Source of the DNA: Longimicrobiales bacterium
Lineage (GTDB): Bacteria > Gemmatimonadota > Gemmatimonadetes > Longimicrobiales > Gaopeijiaceae
DNA: 64,000 bases
Assembly (NCBI GenBank): GCA_965116905.1
Contig: OZ220732.1
Coordinates: 3,232,001-3,296,000, forward strand
Direction of reading: 5' to 3'
Numbering within the stretch: position 1 is the first letter of the stretch; each line of letters opens with the position of its first letter. A program made the position numbers and the translations under genes. This document shows positions 57,818 through 64,000 of the stretch, in pieces. Under the pieces are notes generated by a model that saw nothing but the letters and a program-made list of their open reading frames with translations, did not search any database and was not told where the DNA came from.

Positions 57818-58432
57818 TTAGACAGCCGAGTAGTTCTCGCCGACGACCGTCCAGTTGACCACGTTCCAGAAGGCTGCCACGTAGTCGGGACGCCGGTTCT
57901 GGTAGTTCAGGTAGTAGGCGTGCTCCCACACGTCGACCCCCAGAATGGGAACCTTGCCCGCCATGACGGGCGTGTCCTGGTTGGGAGTGGACACGACCTC
58001 GAGCGATCCGCCGCCATCGGCAGCAAGCCACGCCCAGCCGGAGCCGAAACGGCCGATCGCGGCAGCCGCAAAGCGGCTCTTGAATTCCTCCACGCTGCCG
58101 AAGGCCGCGTCGATGGCCGAGGCCAACGCTCCGGTCGGCTCACCGGCCCCGCCCGGGGTCATGAGCCTCCAGAACATGGCGTGGTTCACGTAGCCACCGC
58201 CATTGTTCCGGACGGCGGCGCGAATCCCTTCGGGAAGCGCGGCGAGGTCGGCGACGAGCTCGTTGGCGGACTTGCCGTGAAGCGCGGGGTGGTCGGCGAG
58301 GGCCGCGTTCAGGTTGGCGGTGTAGGCAGCGTGGTGTTTCCCGTGGTGGATCTCCATCGTACGGGCATCGATGTGGGGTTCGAGCGCGTCGCGCGCGTAG
58401 TCCAGATCCGGAAGCTGAAAGGGGTAGGCCAT
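57818..58432 (-). CDS. Superoxide dismutase with Mn-type signature
   Basis: [31 protein letters not shown] and DVWEHAYY. Confidence 0.97.
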   Translation of the reverse strand: MAYPFQLPDLDYARDALEPHIDARTMEIHHGKHHAAYTANLNAALADHPALHGKSANELVADLAALPEGIRAAVRNNGGGYVNHAMFWRLMTPGGAGEPTGALASAIDAAFGSVEEFKSRFAAAAIGRFGSGWAWLAADGGGSLEVVSTPNQDTPVMAGKVPILGVDVWEHAYYLNYQNRRPDYVAAFWNVVNWTVVGENYSAV

Positions 58433-58531
58433 CGTCGGCATCTCCTGGGCGTGGTTACTATTCGTGGTTGTACGCGGGCGGAAAACCCGCCGGGGCCGGG
58501 CGGGCGCACCCAGCCTCTCGGAGCACGTAGC

Positions 58532-59773
58532 ATGGAAGGTTGGAACGTGTCCAAAAGCAGGAGGTCCCCGCAAGGTCCAAAACGGATCCTGCTCGTGGAC
58601 TGCGACATGTTTTTTGTTCAGGTCGCACGGCTTGAAGACCCGGATGGAGCGGGCAGCGAGCCCCTTCTTCTCGTGGGTGGGCGAAGCAACCGCGGCGTCA
58701 TTACCTCCGCGTCGTACGCTGCGCGGGAATTCGGCGTTCGCTCGGGGATGCCCACCATGAGGGCGCTGCAACTCTGCCCGCGCGCCGTCGTGGTGCCCGT
58801 GCCCCGCGGCGCATGCGTCGAGCGCAGCCGCGCCGTCCGAGCCGTGCTCGGCGACCTGTCCCCGGTGGTACAGGCGGCGTCCATCGACGAATTCTACCTG
58901 GACCTCACGGGCACGGAGAGGATGCTCGGAAGCGAGGACCTCGCCGTGACCGCGGATCGCATCCGGCGGGAGGTGCGAAGGAGCACGGGAATCGCCGTGT
59001 CGCTGGGAGGGGGCACCCAACGGGTCGTGGCCAAGATCGCGACCCGCCTGGCCAAGCCCGACGGGGTCCATATCGTGCCCCCCGGTGAGGAGGCGGCCTT
59101 CATGGCCCGGTTTCGCCTGGCCGATCTGCCGGGGATCGGGCCCGCGTCTCTGGCCCAGCTGGAGGCCAAGGGCCTGCGGACCGTGTCTGACGCGGCCGCC
59201 GTTGAGCGCGAGTGGCTCGGACGCTGGTTCGGCCCGGCACGAGGCGCGTGGCTGTGGGAGCGGGTGAGAGGGATCGACCCCAGCGAGGTGGACGCCAGCG
59301 ACCGACGGAAGTCGATCAGCTCGGAACGGACCTTCTTCAACGATGTCGACGACGACGAGGAACTGGAACGCCGGCTGCTGAAGCTGAGTTGCACAGTCGG
59401 AAGCGCTCTGCGTGGACGCGAACTGCGGGCACGGACCGTCACCGTCAAGATCCGCGACCAGGACTTTCGGACTCGTCAGGCCGGCAACACCATGCCGGAG
59501 GGCATCGAGACCGACCGGGTCATCTTTGCCGCCGCCACTTCCCTGCTCCACCGACTCCGGCACCGGAGAAGGACGGCGGTGCGGTTGCTCGGCGTCGGTC
59601 TGTCCAATCTGGTTCGCCAGGCGCCGTCGACACAGCGCGATCTTTTCGGCGAGGGACCGGAACTGGAAACGGAGCGCGACCGGACCATCGCCCGGGCGGT
59701 AGACCAGGTCCGCGACCGCTACGGCCGCGAGGCGCTCCAGCCGGCCCGCGTGTTGGACCGGCCGGAGCACTGA
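58532..59773 (+). CDS. dinB: DNA polymerase IV
   Basis: [38 protein letters not shown] and KSISSERTF. Confidence 0.96.
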   Translation: MEGWNVSKSRRSPQGPKRILLVDCDMFFVQVARLEDPDGAGSEPLLLVGGRSNRGVITSASYAAREFGVRSGMPTMRALQLCPRAVVVPVPRGACVERSRAVRAVLGDLSPVVQAASIDEFYLDLTGTERMLGSEDLAVTADRIRREVRRSTGIAVSLGGGTQRVVAKIATRLAKPDGVHIVPPGEEAAFMARFRLADLPGIGPASLAQLEAKGLRTVSDAAAVEREWLGRWFGPARGAWLWERVRGIDPSEVDASDRRKSISSERTFFNDVDDDEELERRLLKLSCTVGSALRGRELRARTVTVKIRDQDFRTRQAGNTMPEGIETDRVIFAAATSLLHRLRHRRRTAVRLLGVGLSNLVRQAPSTQRDLFGEGPELETERDRTIARAVDQVRDRYGREALQPARVLDRPEH

Positions 59774-59809
59774 GCGTCCGCCTTCAGCAGGGCCTGCCCC
59801 GAGCAGGGC

Positions 59810-61504
59810 CTACTTCGCCTCCCACGGCTTGCGCTCGAAGTAGTCGCGCGTCATCTCGACCACCTTGGGCGCCAGGAGTCCCAGCGCGATCAGGTTGGGC
59901 CAGATCACGATTGCCAGGAATACGTCGCCGATGGCCCATATCACGCTCAGCGGCAGGACCGCACCGACGAAGTGCATCATCACGAAGACGACCTTGTAGG
60001 GGATCAGCGCGCGCGCGCCGAACAGGTAGTTGGCGCAGCGGTCGCCGTAGTAGCTCCACGCGATCGCCGTCGAGATCCCGAAGAGCAGCACCGAGATCAC
60101 CACGATGTAGTGTCCCCAGTCGCCGAGCGGCGCCAGACCGCGGCGGAAGGCGGCCATGGTAAGCGGCGCCCCGCTCTCGACCGCCATGCCGTGGAGCGAG
60201 GTGTACGTCTCCCCGTCGTCTCCGGTGGCGGTGCCGGTCGCGGGATCGATGACCCCACTGAACGGCTCGGTCTGCGCTTCGTCCACGTACAGCACCGGCA
60301 CGGGAACCTCATGCCACGAGACCTGCGGGTCGTCGGGCCCGGTGGCCGAGTGCGCACCGCCGTCGATCCGGATCGGAGCGTCCGGGGACATGTCGGCGTA
60401 GCCGCCGTCCACCTGCACCGCCCGGTAGGAAAGGTCGCCCCCGCTCAGCGTGATTTCGGTTTCGAACCGGTCGTGCCAGACCCCGGTCATGATGATCAGC
60501 AGGCCCGTCATGGTGCAGATGATGATCGTGTCGATGAAGGGTTCCAGCAGCGCCACGACCCCCTCCGACACCGGCTCCTCGGTCTTGGCCGCCGAGTGCG
60601 CGATCGGCGCCGATCCCTGCCCGGCCTCGTTGGAGAAGAGCCCCCGCCGGACCCCGTACATCAACGTCACCAGGAACGCGCCCACACCCGTACCCGCCAC
60701 GCCGGCGGTCGGGTTGAAGGCTTCGCGGAAGATCAGCGCAAAGGTCGGCGCGACTTCGCCGATGTTCATGAGGATCACTGTCAGCGCCCCCAGCACGTAG
60801 ACGACCGCCATCACCGGCGCCAGCACCGAGGTCACCCGCCCGATCCGCGAGATCCCGCCCAGGATGACGGCTGCAACAACCCCCGACGTCACCAGTCCGC
60901 TGACCCAGGTCGGAATGTTGAACTGGGTCTCCAGGTTGTCGGCGACGGTGTTCGCCTGAACCCCGTTGCCCGTCAGGAAGGCCGTGATGCCGAGGAGGAC
61001 GGCGAAGAAGATCGCCATCCACTTCCAGTTCGGTCCCAGTCCCCGTTCGATGTAGTACATGGGCCCGCCGGAAACGGTGCCCGCCCACTCTCCCTCGTCC
61101 TCGTGGACACGGTACTTCTGCGCCAGGGTGACCTCGGAGTACTTGGTCGCCATTCCCAGCGCCGCGGTGACCCACATCCAGAAGAGGGCCCCGGGTCCGC
61201 CCCAGTGGATCGCGAGCGCCACCCCGGCGATGTTGCCGATCCCGACCGTCGCCGAAAGCGCCGTCGTGAGCGCCTGGAAATGCGTGACGTCACCTTCGTC
61301 GTCGGGGTCATCGTATTTCCCGGAAGCCACCGCGATCCCGTGCCCCAGGCGGCGGACCTGCAGAACCCCCAGGCGAAGCGTCAGGTACGTCCCGATCCCG
61401 AGCAGGATGACCACCATGAGAGGGACGTTCTCGCCCCCCACCGGGATGCCGATCTCGACGACATACGTGGTCAGGAAATCGGTCGCTTGTTGGATGAAGT
61501 CCAT
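59810..61504 (-). CDS. Alanine/glycine:cation symporter (AGCS family)
   Basis: ATVGIGNIAGVA, GGPGALFWMW, GGPMYYI, RGLFSNEAGQGSA and DTIIIC. Confidence 0.97.
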   Translation of the reverse strand: MDFIQQATDFLTTYVVEIGIPVGGENVPLMVVILLGIGTYLTLRLGVLQVRRLGHGIAVASGKYDDPDDEGDVTHFQALTTALSATVGIGNIAGVALAIHWGGPGALFWMWVTAALGMATKYSEVTLAQKYRVHEDEGEWAGTVSGGPMYYIERGLGPNWKWMAIFFAVLLGITAFLTGNGVQANTVADNLETQFNIPTWVSGLVTSGVVAAVILGGISRIGRVTSVLAPVMAVVYVLGALTVILMNIGEVAPTFALIFREAFNPTAGVAGTGVGAFLVTLMYGVRRGLFSNEAGQGSAPIAHSAAKTEEPVSEGVVALLEPFIDTIIICTMTGLLIIMTGVWHDRFETEITLSGGDLSYRAVQVDGGYADMSPDAPIRIDGGAHSATGPDDPQVSWHEVPVPVLYVDEAQTEPFSGVIDPATGTATGDDGETYTSLHGMAVESGAPLTMAAFRRGLAPLGDWGHYIVVISVLLFGISTAIAWSYYGDRCANYLFGARALIPYKVVFVMMHFVGAVLPLSVIWAIGDVFLAIVIWPNLIALGLLAPKVVEMTRDYFERKPWEAK

Positions 61505-61714
61505 GGCGGGGCGAGCTCCTTTCGCTGGTGTCGCGGCGGCTCCGTCAAAAAGGGGCCGACGATTGCGCCGGGCAAACTAGGGCCGTCCCCGTCACGGAAA
61601 CAACCGTCGGCACAATGACCGACCCCTCTTGGAGTTCGTCAACGGCCGGTGGCCGGTCCCGCTATTGCTGCCTCTTGACCGGACCCCGGGCAAGGACACC
61701 GACTGGACCGGCCG

Positions 61715-62764
61715 TCATCCCACGGCGCCGATCATGTCGAAGATCGGCAGGTACATCGCAATGATCATGCCACCGACCACCGCACCCAAAACCAGGATCA
61801 TCGCCGGTTCGACCGCCGCGATGAGGGCCTCCAGCGCGCTGTCCACTTCCTGATCGTAGAAATCGGCGATCCTCACCAGCATTTCGTCCAGGCCGCCGGT
61901 CTGTTCTCCCACCTCCACCATGCGTATGACCATCGGCATGAATACTCCGGAGGCCTCGAGCGGGCCCGCGATCGTATCCCCTCCGGCGATCGAGGCCCGC
62001 GATTTCATCACGGCGTCGTGTATCACCCGGTTGCCGGCGGTTCGCGCCGTGACCTCGAGCCCGGTCAGAATCGAGACGCCCGAGGTCGCAAGCGTGCCGA
62101 GGGTACGCGTGAAGCGGGCCACCGCGGCCTTGCGCAGCAATGTCCCGACGAAAGGAACGGACAGGACAAGTCGATCCAGGGCCAACCGGCCCCGCGCGGT
62201 TCGATACAGGCGCCCCGTCGCCCACGCGGCGGCCATGAGCACGGCGAACACGGCCCACCAGTAGCCCTTCGCAATCTCCGACGCCGCGATCACGATGCGT
62301 GTAGGCAGCGGAAGGGGAACGCCGGCAGACGCGAACATCGTCTGAAATGTGGGAACCACGAACACCAGCAGGATGACCATGGCCGGGATCGCTACCGCGA
62401 AGATCATGGCGGGGTAGACCACGGCAGCGCGGACCTTTCGGGCCAGGGCGTGGTGCTTCTCCAGAGAATCGGATAGCCGCTCGAGGATGGTGTCCAGCGC
62501 ACCGGCGGTCTCACCAGCCTCGACCATGCTAACGGCCAACTCCGAGAACACGGTGCCGTGTTGGCGCATCGCTCCGGCCAGCGTTTGCCCGGACTCGACC
62601 GCCGACACCATGGAACGGATCACGCCGCGGAAATACCGGTGTCCGGTTTGGCGGGCAAGCAGATTCAGCGACTGAAGGAGCGGAAGTCCCGCGCTGATCA
62701 TGGTGGCGAACAAGCGAATGAACACTGCCACTTCGCGCGTTGACACGCGCCGCAGGTGTTTCAC
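61715..62764 (-). CDS. pilC: Type IV pilus platform protein PilC, short at the N-terminus
   Basis: Two GspF repeats (MVEAGETAGALD, MVEVGEQTGGLDEML) and AMYLPIF. GTG start overlaps the pilT stop. Confidence 0.93.
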   Translation of the reverse strand: MKHLRRVSTREVAVFIRLFATMISAGLPLLQSLNLLARQTGHRYFRGVIRSMVSAVESGQTLAGAMRQHGTVFSELAVSMVEAGETAGALDTILERLSDSLEKHHALARKVRAAVVYPAMIFAVAIPAMVILLVFVVPTFQTMFASAGVPLPLPTRIVIAASEIAKGYWWAVFAVLMAAAWATGRLYRTARGRLALDRLVLSVPFVGTLLRKAAVARFTRTLGTLATSGVSILTGLEVTARTAGNRVIHDAVMKSRASIAGGDTIAGPLEASGVFMPMVIRMVEVGEQTGGLDEMLVRIADFYDQEVDSALEALIAAVEPAMILVLGAVVGGMIIAMYLPIFDMIGAVG

Positions 62765-63885
62765 CCAAGGGCCCCTTGTCCGTTGAATCCGTCTGGCGCG
62801 GGCTCTCCCACGAACCGCAGCAATGCCGCTGGATCCGAGCTGCTCGCCAGTGCCACCTCCAGCCGGACTTCCCCGTTGAGATAGAGGCGGGCGAGGGAAT
62901 CGTTCATCGTCTGCATCCCATGCTTTCTGCCTGCCTCCATCAGTGACCGGATCTGGTGCACCCTCTCGTCCCGGATCACCGCACGGATCGCGTCGGTGCA
63001 CACCAGGACTTCGGTGGCCACCACCCTGCCGCTTCCCAAGGCCCGCGGGAGCAGTATCTGCGTCACGACTCCCTCCAGCACCGAGGCCAGCTGCGTGCGC
63101 ACCTGGTGCTGGCCATGTGCAGGGAATACGTCTACGACGCGGTTGACCGAGTCCGAGGCAGAGTTGGTATGGAGGGTCGCAAGAACCAGATGGCCCGTCT
63201 CGGCGATGGACAGCGCAGCACCGATGGTCTCCGCATCTCTCATCTCCCCGATCAGAATCACGTCCGGATCCTGTCGCAGCGCGTATTTCAGACCTGTCGC
63301 AAAGGAGCGCGTGTCGACGCCGACCTCCCGCTGGTTGACGATGCAGCGCCGGTGTGAGTGCACGAACTCCATGGGGTCTTCGATCGTGATGATGTGACCA
63401 CGCAGACGCCGATTGATCAGGTCCACCATGGCAGCCAGCGTGGTGGACTTCCCGGACCCCGTCGGCCCGGTGACCAGCACAAGACCTCGTGGACGCGTGG
63501 CCAGCCGATGCATGATCGGGGGAAGTCCCAGCTCTTCCAGCGATCCGACCCTGTGCGGTATGTGCCTCAGAGCCAGGGCGATTTGGCCGCGCTGCCAAAA
63601 GCAGTTGCCCCGGAATCGGGCCAGATCCGGAACGTCGAACGCAAAGTCCAGATCGCGCTCCTCTTCGAACCGCCGCCGCTGATCCGGTGTCAGGAGCGCT
63701 TCAGCCAACCCTTCCGTGTCCGTGGACACGAGGATCGAAACGTCTTCGACCTCCCTCAGGGTGCCGTCGATCCGCAGCTTTGGGCGCTCGCCAACGGTCA
63801 GGTGGAGATCCGACGCGCCACGTCCCACCATCTCCCTCAGCAGTTGCTCCAGCCCCGGCATCCCGGTCGGCCTCGTGGCGGTCAT
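62761..63885 (-). CDS. pilT: Type IV pilus retraction ATPase PilT
   Basis: ASDLHL, GPTGSGKSTT, TIEDP, LRQDPDVILIGEMRD, TLHT, AIRAVIRD and GMQT. Confidence 0.96.
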   Translation of the reverse strand: MTATRPTGMPGLEQLLREMVGRGASDLHLTVGERPKLRIDGTLREVEDVSILVSTDTEGLAEALLTPDQRRRFEEERDLDFAFDVPDLARFRGNCFWQRGQIALALRHIPHRVGSLEELGLPPIMHRLATRPRGLVLVTGPTGSGKSTTLAAMVDLINRRLRGHIITIEDPMEFVHSHRRCIVNQREVGVDTRSFATGLKYALRQDPDVILIGEMRDAETIGAALSIAETGHLVLATLHTNSASDSVNRVVDVFPAHGQHQVRTQLASVLEGVVTQILLPRALGSGRVVATEVLVCTDAIRAVIRDERVHQIRSLMEAGRKHGMQTMNDSLARLYLNGEVRLEVALASSSDPAALLRFVGEPAPDGFNGQGALG

Positions 63886-64000
63886 CTTGCGGTCACCAGC
63901 GGAGCAATGCGGGCCAGGGTTCTGGGACCCACTCCCGGGACCGCGATCAGCTCCTCGACGTCCGCGAACCGACCGTTCTCAATGCGGAAGGCCACGATAC
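63882..64000 (-). CDS. comEA: ComEA-like helix-hairpin-helix DNA-binding protein, C-terminal fragment
   Basis: Reverse strand reads IVAFRIENGRFADVEELIAVPGVGPRTLARIAPLVTAR*. Its TGA overlaps the pilT ATG. Confidence 0.85.
   Translation of the reverse strand, partial: IVAFRIENGRFADVEELIAVPGVGPRTLARIAPLVTAR

Noticed and set aside
57806..59773. Long ORF calls suggesting N-terminal fusions to DinB (655 aa) or SOD (650 aa)
   Set aside because: These are two normal divergent genes whose upstream frames stay open through each other's antisense strand. The long calls at 17725-19029, 20092-22119, 44649-45788 and 61715-63598 are similarly extended upstream through neighbouring genes.

Overview
This is a high-GC bacterial chromosomal window made up mostly of core genes. 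Gene content and order suggest Gemmatimonadota (FCB group), but that is an inference. From left to right it holds: the end of a thiE-like gene; a stand-alone 23S-5S rRNA unit with no linked 16S and its own promoter, boxA and processing stem; a PHP/TrpH-family gene plus the complete F1Fo ATP synthase operon, which carries a MITE-like insert and a Rex-like operator; peroxiredoxin, MoxR, CorC/HlyC and a gamma-carbonic-anhydrase/zinc-finger fusion; ALDH7, prepilin peptidase, TrmH, thiD, PNP and nupC; a proteostasis block (dnaK-degP-tRNA-Leu-tig-clpP-clpX-lon-engB); a long minus-strand run (bEBP, gcvT, argF, hslU, hslV, xerC, trmFO, topA, aroK, aroC); a type IV pilus cluster (pilQPONM, four minor pilins, major pilin) preceded by a TMTC-like GT-C and a Dpm1-like GT2; a LysM protein, sod, dinB, an AGCS symporter, and comEA-pilT-pilC. 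The two best candidates for an undescribed system are (1) a sigma-54 promoter with paired TGCCA-N3-TGGCA palindromes upstream of dnaK, possibly read by the pseudo-receiver enhancer-binding protein in the same window, and (2) a GT2 + TMTC-like glycosyltransferase + Ser/Thr-rich pilin module that suggests TMTC-type O-glycosylation of type IV pili. All calls come from reading motifs by eye; no database searches were run.
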